Shown here piece by piece: positions 39,583 through 54,100 of a stretch of DNA of 64,000 bases (the first letter of the stretch is position 1; every line of letters starts with the position of its first letter). A program made the translations under genes and the position numbers. The DNA comes from Felis catus. Lineage: Eukaryota. The notes under the pieces were generated by a model, which was not told the DNA's origin, did not search any database, and saw only the letters and a program-made list of their open reading frames with translations. The stretch lies in NCBI RefSeq assembly GCF_018350175.1, contig NC_058368.1, forward strand, positions 21,950,001 through 22,014,000, given 5' to 3'.

Positions 39583-42500
39583 CCCCCTAATCTCCTTTTC
39601 TTGACGGATACTAACATTTTAATCTCTGTGAACATTTTAAACATACCTATTTTAAAGTCTCTTTTAATCAGATTCTGCATTTATCTCTGATTCTTCAGGT
39701 GTGAATTCTCCCATTTGTTGAGATTCACACTGTCTTTATGGTCCTAAACATCTCTGTATGCTCTGTATGAAATCATACCTTGGGGCACCTGAATGGCTCA
39801 GTTGGCTAAGCGTCTGACTTTGGCTCAGGTCATGATCTCACAGCTCGTGAGTTCAAGCCCTGCATCGGGCTCTGTGCTGACAGCTCAGAGCCTGGAGCCT
39901 GCTTTGGATTCTGTGTCTCCCCTCTCTCTCTCCTCCCTTCCTCTACTCGCATGCTCTCTCAAAAATAAATATTAAAAAATTAAAAAAAGAAATCATACCT
40001 TTCCATAAGGTTTACTCCTGGGTACTCCTTTATGTTGACTCCTTTCCCTGTTGCTCTGGCTATGACTATGGGTTTCATTGCTCTGCAACCGGTTATTGTT
40101 AATCTCATTCCAGGCTTTGTGAGATAATTAGCCTGTTCCCAGTCCTGTAGAGGTCCCTGTTTCCATTCCCAGGAGAGCTCAGTGCCCACTCAATGCCAGG
40201 CATGGGACATGTTTAATTCCCATTCCTGTAAGAGTTAGAAACCCTGGCCACAGTGCTTGTGTCCATTTCCAGATCCCAATGGGTTTCAGCCTTTGCTTTT
40301 GTGATTTCTCCTATAATTTCTGACCAATAGATGCAAATATGTATACTGGTGGCACATTTTATATAAAGATTAGTGTCCATGGTATTAAAGCAAAAATCGC
40401 ATATAGCCAAGATTCTTTTTAAAAATCTCAAAAACTGACCATTAGGTAAACAGTGTCCAATAGTTTTTTTTTTTCTCTCGAGCACTGAGAGATTGGGGCT
40501 TGGCCACATGTAGTTAGATTATACTTAGAAGCAATGTTAAGACAAAAAAACAACAACTTATTTTTAAACAAAATAAAACCTGGCACTGTGAAAGATTTCT
40601 CTCTCTAAAGAGATTTCTCTTTAGGCCTCTATGACAGGCCTAAAAAACTGAGCCAAACTGAGGTAACAGCAAATTCATGTATCTCATCTCACACTTCAAC
40701 TAACAGAGAAAATGGTGAAACTACTATCTTTACTATTTAAATTATTTCTCTCTCTCTTCTTCTTTTGCCAAGTACAGGTAGCTAAATTTGCATTAAATAT
40801 GTATAATGCAACTCCACTCTATATATGCCTACCTACAAATACATGTATCTTACATACCTTTAAAACAAAATTTTCAAATTCCTAATATATTGGAATATGT
40901 TTTAATTTTTTAATGGAATGCCAATGTTATGAGAATACTAATTATAACTATTTATAAGGGGCGCCTGGGTGGCTCAGTCGGTTGGGCAAATGACTTTGGC
41001 TCGGGTCATGATCTCACGGTTTGTGAGTTTGAGCCCCACATCGGGCTCTGTGCTGACAGCTGGGAGCCTGGAGCCTGCTTTGGATTCTTTGTCTCCCTCT
41101 CTCTGTCCCTCCCCCACTTGTGCTCTGTCTCTCTCTCAAAAATAAGTAAAATGTAAAAAAAAAAATTAATAAAAAAATGTTTATGAAAAAGCAGCAAAGA
41201 AATATCTGTAAAAGTAAAATAAGACATATAACATAATGATTAACAGCATGGGTTCAAATCCTGGCTTTTCAATTTGTTTGCTCTATGATCTTAAAATTGG
41301 CTTCTCAACTTCCTCATTTGTAACACAGAAGTAACATTACCTACCTCAGAAGGTGTGTGAGGATTAAATAAAAAAGTGTATGTAAAGTGCTCATCACAGT
41401 GTATGGCACTGTTACATGGCATTAGCTGGACTTGTTGCTATAATGATTGTGGTACTAGATTACAGGAAATACTCATCCTTGGGAGAAAGAATTTTTAATT
41501 TACTATTGTATTTGGCAAGCAGTTTTCTTTTCTATTGCTGGTGAGAGTGTATCTTTCCATTTTAGATTCTTGGTAAACAGAGTTTAGACAGACAGACAAA
41601 CTGATACACAGCAGGACTTCTTGACAAGTACCCTACATTCAGAAGACGTTTGGAAATGCCATGTTTCTCTACTCACATGTCTATGCAGCCCTCAGAACAG
41701 TCACATGAATCAGTAAACATGTTGGAAAAGCTGTTTAGATAATATGCTCGTGGCCACATAGTCCTTCTGTACTTAAACTGTGGAAGCTTTCTATTGTCAA
41801 TTTCATTACAGAAAGAAATGGGTACCGATTCCACTCCATTGCTAATATCCACATCAGAAACAATTTCTTCTTGTTTTGGGTAATTCCGAGTCAACTGAAC
41901 ATAGGTATTGAAAGAAAAGTTATCTGTAAATAAAAAGTTACATTCTGTCTCAAGCAGGTAACGAAAAACTTCCTCCACGTTTCGTAGACTCCTTCCACAA
42001 GGGGTTCTATAACTCACGTGGAGTGCTGAAGAATGAGAGTTTGTCTTTGCGTGTCGTCTTTGGAAGTGGCATTTGATTGGTAGCTGCAGAGGGTTTTCTC
42101 CCTTGAAGGTTAGTGGCATTTTCATCAGACAAGTTCTAGAGCAGTCATGACTTTGGTAACGTAAATTCAAAGATGATTTCTTTTCTGTAATGTATGCAAC
42201 TTTATTTTCCAAAGGAGGAATTTCCTTATTTTTTGTAGATCTGTTTAAAATTAATTATTCATTAGTATCTCAAATATATAGCACAATTCCCCATTTTTAA
42301 AAAACATTGTACACTAAGGTGCAATTAGTTCCTATTATCTTCTTTTTAGACGTAATAAGCCAGACTCTGAAATACACATTTTACTTATTATGTTCTGTCG
42401 CCATATAGAAGTTATACCTTAGGGATTTTTTTCCTTTGGACACCAAATACATGGTATCTACCTCTTCAACCGGGTGTCTAACAATTCGGTCCAATTCTGA

Positions 42501-45500
42501 CACTATCTATCTACTTGGAGGCAGCATCAGCTCCCAGGTGTTAAAGAGCTCAGTCCCACAAGACTGTCCCCACTTCAGATGCCAAACACAAGTTCCAGGC
42601 CACTCAAACTTTTGACCAACCCAGGGGTTTCCACATGCTTTCCTCAAGTTTGATAATTTGCTAGAAAGACTCACTTTAATTACTATTACCAGTTTATAAT
42701 AAGATACAACTCAGGGACAGCCAAATGTAAGAAGTGCATGAGGTAAGGTAAGTGGGAACAGGCACGGAGTGTTCCTACCCTCTCTGTGTGCACCACCCTC
42801 CCAGCACCTCAAAGCATTTACCAACCAGGAAAACTTCCAGAACCCTGTCCATTTAGAGGTTTTTATGGAGACTTTATTATGTAAGCATGATTGATCAAAT
42901 CATTTGCCAATGGAGATTATCTCAACCTCCAACCCTTCACCCCTCCCTGGAGGTTGGGAGGTAGGACTGAAGGTTTCCAGCTTCTAATCATAATGTTTAG
43001 TCTTTGGCTGACTAGCCCCCACCCCGAGGCTACTCAGGAGCCCCTCATTAAGAGTCATTTCATTAGCATGCCAAAGACATTCATTCTTCAGCTGACTCCA
43101 AAGGTTTTAGAGGCTACACAGGATCAGAACAAACACCAAGTATCTTTCCTATTATACAATAACCTAATTTCATAACATTCCAGAAAGTTTGATTACAGGT
43201 GTAACTCCGTGCTACAGTACCTATCAAATTTAGAGTTTATTTAGAGCATGCACTTTGAGGAATGTTACTTCTTCAGGCATGCTTGGGTTCACTTGTAAGA
43301 AAACCGGTAAAGGCTAGCTAAAAAAATTACGAATTCATCAGGAATCCTTCAACAATTGTACCAGTTTTTTTCTGTAATATGTATTACACCTAGCATCATA
43401 CTGACATATTTTAAAATAATCAACTGACATGAGAAAATGGAGAGGTTACTGAATTTAAGAAAAAAAATCTGTGAAAAGACTCCATGTATGTGAACTTGGG
43501 TTTTAATCTTTCTTCAGATACCTGAAGAAACTAAGTTTTGCTTTACATAGTATTTTCTATCTTTAGGTATCTGTTATTTATTATAAAAGTTATATAGGTA
43601 TTTTAGAGATATTTTTACAATTACCATATAAAGCAGCACTATCCAATAAAACTTTCTGCATTGATGGAAATGTTTCATATCTGTGCTGTTCAATTTGGGA
43701 GCCCCACTAGCCACATGTGGTGAATTATTCAGCACTTTTAAATGTGGCTAGCATGGGGCGCCTGGGTGGCGCAGTCAGTTAAGCGTCCGACTTCAGCCAG
43801 GTCACAATCTCGCGGTCTGTGAGTTCGAGCCCCGCATCAGGCTCTGGGCTGATGGCTGGGAGCCTGGAGACTGCTTCCGATTCTGTGTCTCCCTCTCTCT
43901 CTGCCCCTCCTCCGTTCATGCTCTCTCTCTCTCTCTCTGTCCCAAAAATAAATAAAAGTTGAAAAAAAAATTTTTTTTAAATGTGGCTAGCATGACCAGA
44001 AAAAAAATTTTTTAACTTTGATCAATTCAAATTTAATTTTAATTCAAATAATTCAAATTTAAATAGGCACATGTAACTAATGGCTACTTACTGAAAGCAG
44101 AGATATGAAGTTCCCCATCCCCTTTCTAGCTATATAGCAATCCTTTGCATAAATTCCACAATTTATTTAACTAGTTTTCTGTCGTTTCCAATCTTTTGCT
44201 ATTACAAATCATTATGTGGTGAATAACCTTGTGCATAACAATTTCATACATGTAAAGATTATCACTTCAGAATACATTTCCAGAAGGGGCAGTACTAGGT
44301 CACAGGGTAAATGAATTAGTAATTTGTAAAGATTGCCTAATTGTTCTCCATGGGGTCAGCCCTTTAAGCAATTTATGAGAGTACCTACTTTTGCAGAGCC
44401 TTATCAGACAATGGCTCTTGATGCTTTGGGATTTCTGACAATCTAATAGATGAAAGGATATGCTAGAATGTATTTAATATAAATCTTTTAATGTAAAAAA
44501 CATTTGTTTCCAATTTTCCTGTATGTTACTACTTTGATCAACATCCTCATACATAAATCCTTGACCAAATTCCTGATTATTACCTTAGGGTACATTCCTT
44601 CAAGAAGAGTTACTGGGTAACTAGAATACACATTTTAAAATAACCTCTTATTAATAAAACTTGCAAACTTACATAACTGTGTATTTTCTCATTAAAAAAC
44701 CTGATAAATTGGGGGAACCTGGGTGGCACAGTCAGTTAAGCTTCTGACTTTGGCTCAGGTCATGATCTCGCAGTCCATGAATTTGAGCCCTGAGTCAGGC
44801 TCTGTGCTGACAGCTCAGAGCCTGGAGCCTGCTTCAGATTCTGTGTCTCCCTCTCTCTCTCTGCCCCTCCCCCACTTGCACTCTCTCTCTCTCTCTCTCA
44901 AAAATAAACATTAAAAATTTAAAAAAAAACCAACAACACCACAAACCTGATATATCGGATCCCCATATACTTGTAAGAACTGTAGAACTCTTAGCACATG
45001 ATACCTCCATCTAAACCTGTGCACTACCCACAACAAAACTCCAGCAAGGCTTCTAGCAGCATAAGACCAAGTCTCTGGGATGACCCAAGCCCCCCCACTA
45101 ACGTGCCTGCCTAAGAAAGCTCAAGGCTGTCAAGACAGTTCATGGTTTCTTGTAGCCAAAACCTGAAGATAAGCTCCTGACCTTCCTTCCTTAGAACAGT
45201 TACTAAAAAAGGGCTTACAATTGTGAATCTTTCTTCCATTCCTCTAAGATGTGTATTTATCTCCTACAACTCAAGAGTGCCTTTCTCAAGGTCCTGAAGG
45301 GCCTTCCTTTGAAAGTTAATCATCAGGAAGGGTAAGGCCTCTGTCTTCCAGTCTCTGTGGGAGGAGAGATCCTAACATTGATGATTCCCAGCTAGGACAC
45401 ATAGCTGGCCTCATAAACATTCACACTGACTCTTTGTAATTTTTCACTTGGGTTCCTCTCTTCTATCTCTACTCCCTCATTTGCCTTTAAAACACTAGTC

Positions 45501-48500
45501 ACCCCAGCATAAACTGGAATAGAGCTCAGCTTTTTTCCTTAATATCAGTAGTTACTGCATAAAATGTTTTCATCACTTCAATGTCTGGTTTTGTTTATCT
45601 TTGACACTTGTTACCAAACTTCAGTAGTTATCAACATGTTGCCTATTTTACTTCTATTTTCCCCCCTCTTGCCCCACACTAAAACATGGGGTATTCTAAA
45701 GCAAATCCTAGACATTACATCTTTTACCTGAAATAATTCAGTATGTATGTCTAATAAATAAGGTTTTTAGGGGCATCTGGGTGGCTCAGTCGGTTAAACA
45801 TCCGACTTCAGCTCAGGTCATGATCTTACAGTTCGTGAGTTCAAGCCCTGCATTGGGCTCTGTGCTGACAGCTCAGGGCCTGGAGCCTGCTCCAGATTCT
45901 GTGTCTCTCTCTCTACCTCTTGCCCGTTCACACTTTCTCTCTCTCAAAAATAAACATTAAAAACAAAAAAAATTTTTTTTCAAGTAAGGTTTTTAAAAGA
46001 ACCTACAATCTCAGTGACCCATCTTCACATATCAGTGATTATTTTAAAATCTGAATCAGAATTCAAACAAGTCCCACACGTTGGATTTGATTCAGATGTC
46101 TTTTTGTCTCTAATCTTATAGCAGTGCCCCTCTCTCTTCATTTTATGACATTTATTTGTTGCAGTTGAATAACTGTGTCATTTGTCCTGTAGAATTTCCC
46201 ACATTCTAGAATTTGGTTGATGCTTCCCTTGTGGTGGTGTCATTTAACTCATCCCTCTATCTGGTAAATCAGTAGTCAGTTTTAGAAGCTTGATTAGATT
46301 CAAGTTCAATTTAGGTGGTGGGGGGCAGGGAGGACAGTGCTATAAATCTTTCACTTAATAGTTTAGTTATTCACTCATTAACATTATCTAAGTCAATGCT
46401 ACTCAAGGTATGGTGGTGCCATCCCACAGTGGTTGGCTACCAATTCATAAGTACAAAAATATAAAGTTGTAAAAGTTTAGGAACTTTTACAGCAATTTAA
46501 CACTGCTGCAACATTTCATTGTATTTTCTGAGTATTCATCCTCAATAAATTTGAAGTTTAAAACAAAACAAAACAAAACACCTGTTCTTACCACAATTAG
46601 TTTAACAGCACTGGCCTAAGGTCACTGTTTCTTTGGGAAAGGGGGGGAAGTTGTAAAAATAACAATCTTCTAATTCTACCATTTCTACTGCATTTTTTGG
46701 CTGGAATTCTTTGATAAAGAAGAAATTTTCCTCATCAACTCTTGGGTTATCTGAAATACAGTTAATATAGGAAAGGCAGGATAAATGCTTGATTCTTTCT
46801 CTTTAATTACTAGTGCTCAGAATGGTGAGTTGTATCCTAGCAACTACCAAAGTGACTGATTTTTAAATTTTGTTTAATGTTTATTTATTTTTGAGAGAGA
46901 GAGAGAAAGAGAGAGCGTGAGCAGGTGAAGGGCAGAGAGAGAGGAAGACAGAATCCAAAGCAAGCGCCAGGCTTCAAGCTGCCAGCACAGAGCCCAACGT
47001 GGGGCTTGAACTCATGAACTGTGAGACCATGACCTGAGCCGGAAGTCGAACATTTAACCAACTGAGCCACCCAGGCACCCCCAGTGACTTTTAAAATGTT
47101 ATTTTTAAAATTTAAAATGGGTTTTTAAGTATTTAATGTGTTTAAATCAATCACAGTGATTATTCCTTTTGATATCCAAATTGTGCCATTTTTTGGTCAG
47201 TGGGAGCTCTTTCAAGTTTGCTCCTATCTTTCTAACACACTTGGTAGTCTTTGATAGCCTTCTTGCTTTCTGTCACAAGATGCCCCAGGTCTGGAGTTAG
47301 CCATTTCTCCAAAGGACTATGGTTCCACTTAATGAGCAATAACATTTAGAGACCACAATCATGGCACTAGGAGGTACACACATTTTAACCAATACAGGCT
47401 AACCAAACCGATTCTCAAAAAGCCGGATCAATTTATACAGTATGAGTGTTGATCAATTGATTATTCTAAAAATTTTAACTAATTTGATAAATGAAAAACA
47501 GTACTTTATTACCTCCTTAATGTTTTTCTCTAGGAATAGAGAGATTGAACATAATTTCATGTTTACTGGTTTTTCCCTTATGGTTAACTGTCTGTTCATA
47601 TGCTTTCTCCAATTTCCTATCAGGGGTTTGTTTGTTCATTCACTTATTCATTCTTCCATCAGATTTTTTGAGTGCCTGCTATGCACCAGGCGCTACAGAA
47701 GTAATGATGAAAAGCTCTGCTATCTCAAGGAGTTTACATTCTAGACAAAGAACTAAGTATATATAATAAAGTGTAAATAATGTAATGAGTAAATTGGTGA
47801 TACATAATGTCATGAAAGACATCTAATCTTTATTATTACTATGATTATTTTTTAGGATTCTAATTTTTAATTAATTAATTTTTCCATGAATTGGGAGTCC
47901 AGTTTCATCTGGAATTTATTCTGATGTGCCATGAAGATCTAACTTAAATTTTCTAAATAATATCCAATTGTTCCAGAGTCATTTACTGAATAACAAGTCT
48001 TTCTTTTACTGGATGACTTCTGACTTACTGACTTAACAATACCCCACATTCTTACAGATACATAAAAATGTTATTTTTTTCTATGCTTATTTGGTCTCTT
48101 GATGCAATTGTTAATTCTTCTACCAATGTGTTTTTTTTTTTTTCCTATAGGTTGACTCTTGATTTTGGCTCAGGTCATGATCTCAGTTTCGTGAATTAGA
48201 GCCTCTCAATGGGCTTTGCACTGACCTAGAGGAGCCTGCTTAGGATTCTCCCTCTCTCTCTCTCTCCCTGCCCCTGCCCCCACTTGCACTTGCTCTTGCT
48301 CTCTCTCTCTCTAATAAACTTAAACAAAATAAATAAATAAATAAAAGAATAAACCAACTCTTGCATTTATGTTTGAAATAAAAATTTTAATGAAATAAAT
48401 AGAAAATGAGAGAGTTTTGGTGGTAATTTATATGAAAAAGAATCTTGTATTTTAGTGATTTAAAGTGATTGAACTTGTTTTTACAAGGTAATGAAATTTT

Positions 48501-51124
48501 GTAGATCAGAAGACCAGAATTTCTGGCTTTCTCTGAGAGTATTTTTTTTTTTAATTTTTTTTAACGTTTATTTATTTTTGAGACAAAGAGAGACAGAGCA
48601 TGAACAGGGGAAGGGCAGAGAGAGAGGGACACAGAATCGGAAGCAGGCTCCAGGCTCTGAGCCATCAGCCCAGAGCCCGACACGGGGCTCGAACTCACAG
48701 ACCGCGAGATCGTGACCTGAGCTGAAGTCGGATGCTTAACCGACCGAGCCACCCAGGCACCCCCTCTGAGAGTATTTTAAAATAAGTATCAAACGGGGTG
48801 CCTAGGTGGCTCGGTCGGTTGAGCATCCGACTTTAGCTCGGGTCATGATCTCACAGCTCATGAGTTCGAGCCCCGCATCAGGCTCTGTGCTGACAGCTCG
48901 GAGCTTGGAACCTGCTTCGGATCCTGTGTCTCGCTCTCTCTCTGCCCCTAACCCACTCACATTCTATCTCTGTCTCTGTCAAAAATAAATAAACATTAAA
49001 AAATTAAAAATAAAATAAAATAAGTATCAAACTGTAATGACATCTCTAGTATTTGCAAATGCCAATCATATGCAAAATAGTCAATCTGTAACACTCATAA
49101 ACACTAAAAAAACAACAAAAAGAATTCTAGGGGAGCCTGGGTGGCTCAGCTGGTTAAGTGTCCAACTTTTGATTTTGACTCAAGTCACGATCTCATGGTT
49201 TGTGAGAGCGAACTCTGCACCAAGTTCTGTGCTGGCATCGCAGCCTGTTTGGAATTCTCTCTACCTCACTCCCTCCCTCTCTGCCCCTCCCCTGCTCATG
49301 CTCTGTCTTTCCCTCTCAAAATAAATAAGCATAAAAAAAAATTCTACACTGACATTTTTTTTGTCAATTTAATATGTAGCTGAAAAGACAGACAAAATAA
49401 GGCAATTAACTTAAGAACTTTCTTTATGAAGACACTTTTGTTTTTGAAATTGTTCCCTGGTGTAGCACAAAATACTTTCAGGAACTTCCTTTAAACTACT
49501 TCTTAAAGGTTTTAGTATAGGTGTTACTTCCTAAAAATAAAGATTATGTGTCACAATGTCAGATTTCCTTTCATACGATTCTACTTTATGCTAAGGAATC
49601 TTCACTGAAATGGTAAAAGGAGAAAGAAACAGTCAGAAAAATTTAGCCTATTCTCCTAAGTACTTTAGAGCCATTTAAGTATTTGAAAAGCTGAACTGGT
49701 ACTGAAAGAAATACTGTTTGGGGCACCTGGGTGGCTCAGGTGGTTGAGCATCTGACTCTCGATTTCAACTCAGGTCATGATTTCATGGTTCATGTATCCC
49801 TCATGTATCCCTCTCTTTCTCAAAATAAATAAACTTAAAAAAAAAATACTGTTACCCTCCACTTTAAAAGAAATAATCTAGGACTGCTGGTTCAGGCAGC
49901 AGTGCATGTGACTTTTGATCTCAGGGCTGAGTTTAAGCCCCACATTGGGAGTAGAGATTACTTAAAAATAAAATCCTTAAAAAAAAAATACTCCAGGAAA
50001 AATAATTTTTTAGTTAAAAAAATTGCCAACTTGGTAGCTTTTAGTATATTAATAACATACACAAAGACATCTTTTTTTTTTTTTTTTTTTTTTAAAGTAG
50101 GCTTCAGGTCCAACACGGGGCTTGAACTCTTGATCCTGAGATCAAGAAGTGAACTGAGATGATTCAAGTCAGATGCTCAACCAACTGAGCCCCCACGTGC
50201 CCCTATACACAAAGACATCTTAAGCTAAATTTTATTCAAAGACTTGATTACCTAGGGATGTTAACAAGTAAATACCTTGTTAAGAGACTCATGAACCTTT
50301 ATCCTACATAAAATACTAAAATTTATGACTTTTCAAGTTGATGGGAAAAATTTTTTTTATATATTTTATCTATTCTTACGTCAAATGATTAGAAAGAATA
50401 ATTCTCTTTCCGGAAATGACAGCATTGACAACATAAAAAAAATTTAACCTATATACATACAGAAATGTACAGTCTTCTGGAAAGGAGTCTTCATATGATG
50501 TAGAAGGCAATGAACCTGATTTGTTTTCCTGTTCATTCTGGATCACTGATGTATGATCTACATGAAAAAAATACAAACATGAGTATTAAATATATCAAGT
50601 TAAGAATCATTTACTCTAATATCTAAATAATATCTTTATTGATTAGAGATACATGGCGCCCTTAAATCTGCAAACATATGAAAATATCAAGATTAAATTA
50701 AAAAATCAGGTGTGAATATTTTCAAAAATATTGACAAAATAAGATATGATCAAGTAAAAGACTTAGGGTAGAAGATACTTCTACTGGAGAAAATCTAGTT
50801 TGCCCTGAACTTTATTTGAATTTTAATCAACCTTTAAGGTAAACATCAAGTATCCTTATTTCTGCCTGTATTTTATAGAAAAATAACATAGCTCGTACTA
50901 CAAAAGGTCAAAAAATGGAAAATTTATGTTATCTTTTGCTTTCTCATTGTTCCCACTGCTATCTATATTTTTGGAGGGTGGGGTATTTGGGTACCTCTTT
51001 TTGTACTTCCACTTGTCTTTTCATATTAGTCTTTCCTATATCTTTCTTCACTTAATTTCTTTTTATTTAAAAAAAAAATTTTTAACATTTACTCATTTTT
51101 GAGACAGAGTGTGAGTGGGGGAGG

Positions 51125-51174
<50 letters not shown>

Positions 51175-54100
51175 ATCCGATGCAGGTTCCAGGCTCAGAG
51201 CTGTCAGCACAGAGCCCAACACAGGGCTTGAGCCCATGAACTGCGAGATCAGGACCTGAGCTTAAGCTGGATGCTTAACTAACTGAGCCATCCAGGTGCT
51301 CCTGCATTTAATTTCATCCTCTCTCTATCTTGTGTTTTTTCTACTTCATCTATTTTTACTCTCTAACATGACTACAATAATAGAAGTAAGCTGTGTATTT
51401 AGTGAAAAAAGTTATGGATTCCCTGTTCTTATTTTGAAAAATGGTTATGTAGAATATTCTATGTTTGGTTTAAAGATATTTTTTAAACATGTTTTTTCCT
51501 ATGCATTGAGGACCTTTAAGAAAAAAAGGGATTCTCATCTTGCTTCAGGTTATTAACTTACATTGGTCTTTTACTGCAGATCAATCTTATTAAGAAGAAA
51601 AAGTTTGGGGCACCTGGGTGACTCATTTGGTAAAGTGTCCAACTCTTGGTTTCAGCTAAGGTCATGAATTCACAGTTCATGGGCTCAAGTCCCTCATAGG
51701 GCTTTGGGCTGGCAGCAGGGAGCCTCCTTGGGATTCTCCCTCTCTCACTCTCTCTCTGCCTCTTCCTTGCTCACACACTCTCTCAAAATAAACATTAAAA
51801 AAAAAAAGGGGGGGCGCCTGGGTGGCGCAGTCGGTTAAGCGTCCGACTTCAGCCAGGTCACGATCTTGTGGTCTGTGAGTTCGAGCCCCGCGTCAGGCTC
51901 TGGGCTGATGGCTCAGAGCCTGGAGCCTGCTTCCGATTCTGTGTCTCCCTCTCTCTCTCTGCCCCTCCCCCGTTCATGCTCTCTCTCTCTCTCTCTGTCC
52001 CAAAAATAAATAAAAGTTGAAAAAAAAAAAAAAGGAAAAAAACTGTAAGTAAATAAAAGAATAGTTTAAGTTATAACATGAGGCCACTACTTGGCTATCT
52101 GGAAAATAATTATCCCTCTTTAATTATCAAGATAAAGGTTTAAAATCTGATAGTTGAAAAGAGCTATAATACCTGATTAAAATTAAGTTTTACAAATTAA
52201 GCGTTTCTGATTTTTCCCAACTAATTTCTTTGCATAAATCATAAAAATCCATACTAACAAATATGAATAGAATAAATGTATATAAACATAATTAAAAATA
52301 AAACTTACTGAAACATGGAGATTTTATTTATTTTGAGAGAGAGAGAACAAACCAGCAAGGAGGGGCAGAGAGAGATGGGGACAGAGAATCTGAAGCGGGC
52401 TCTGTGTTAACAGCAGAGAACCTGATGCGAGGCTTGAACTCAAGTACCATGAGATCATGACCTGAGCCAAAATCAGATGCTTAATGGACTAAGCCACCCA
52501 GGAGCCCCCAAACGTGGAGATTTTAAAATTAATCATCAGATAACGGAGGAAAGGGGAAATAATAACTCCCCTCAAGAAAACAGTATCCAATCCTTTGTTT
52601 GGGGACATAGCACATATTTACAGTTAGACACAAACAAAGAAAATAAAGGTAATCAGTGGTTTAGGACTCAAGTTGGATATGGGATACCTTGTTTTGACCT
52701 TAACATGAAGTCCTTTTGTCTTTCCCAGTTTCAATGTTTTTTAAAAAGTAAATACTAACATGAAACTTTATTACTAGAAAGTTTTTAATCTTTGTTTTGC
52801 CAACAATGTCAATTACATAACTCAATTCCTTACTTACAAATATTGCTCTATACCATTGGCAAATATATACTCTTGATAAATTCATTACATTTCAGAGGAA
52901 CCATATAAAAATACAAAATTGTAATATTCAACATTTCTATTGATAAAATTATCACAAAAAAACCAAAACTCAATTTACTTTGTTAGCGAGAAATAAATTG
53001 TTTTAGAATTAGTTCCTCTTACCACCTCCTGCATTTAAAAGCCTCTTCTTGCAAAACTAGGGTGATCTCTCAAGTATGTTGATTCCAAATGCTACTGAAA
53101 GATACTGAGTAAGGTTGTTTTCTTAAAGAAACTACTCTTGGGGCACCTGGGTGGCTCAGTCGGTTAAGCGTCTGACTTCAGCTCAGGTCATGATCTTGCG
53201 GTTCGTGGGTTCGAGCCCCGTGTCAGGCCCTGTGCTGACAGCTCAGAGCCTGGAGCCTGCTTCAGATTCTGTGTCTCCCTCTCTCTCTGACCCCCCCCCG
53301 TTCATGCTCTGTCTCTCTCTGTCTCAAAAATAAATAAACATAAAAAAAAAAAAAAGAAACTACTCTTCTAAAATTATACATTAGCTACTGAAATTGAGAA
53401 TACTTTTGAATAAGAAAAAGGTTTCTTTAAAATAGACTCATGATGTTAGGCTATATTTTCAGAGACTTAAAACCTTAAGACCCCATATTATGTAAGTTAA
53501 AATTATTATAATTTGCTAATAATATTTAGCAGCATTAAAATCCAGTAAAGTACCTTCTCAATATTTTAGGAAATTTGAGATAGACTAAGATTTATAGGAG
53601 AGTGATTCTGATAAAACAACTTTTTATTTTCCTAGTTCTGGTACAGTATCTTTGATCAATTCCTCCAAAACCTAATTTGTTTAGAGTCTGCAAGACTAAT
53701 GGTCTAATAATCTAGAAATAAAAAAATTTTACACTAACTTATCTATGCCAGAATATACCTTTCTAGTACTGTTTTTCACACAAGGTGGGTTTACAGTAGT
53801 CTGGGGTCTTAGAATTTTTTGAAGAAGTGATACATTTGTTCATTTCCTAAGAGGCTTAGAAGAGTGTGCATTTCCTATCGCTGGATGGGTAGGACTTTTT
53901 ATTTAATAGGGACGCTGATTTATATAATTTACCAATATAGGTCTTACATTTTATATTAAATTATCTTTAGATAATCTTACATAATCTGAACTAAATTAAG
54001 CCTGCATCAAGTCAAGAAAATAACAGAATACTCAAAATTGGGATTATTAATGCACGTACCCTTTATCAATGTTGAATTGTTACTTATGGTTGCTTCATTC

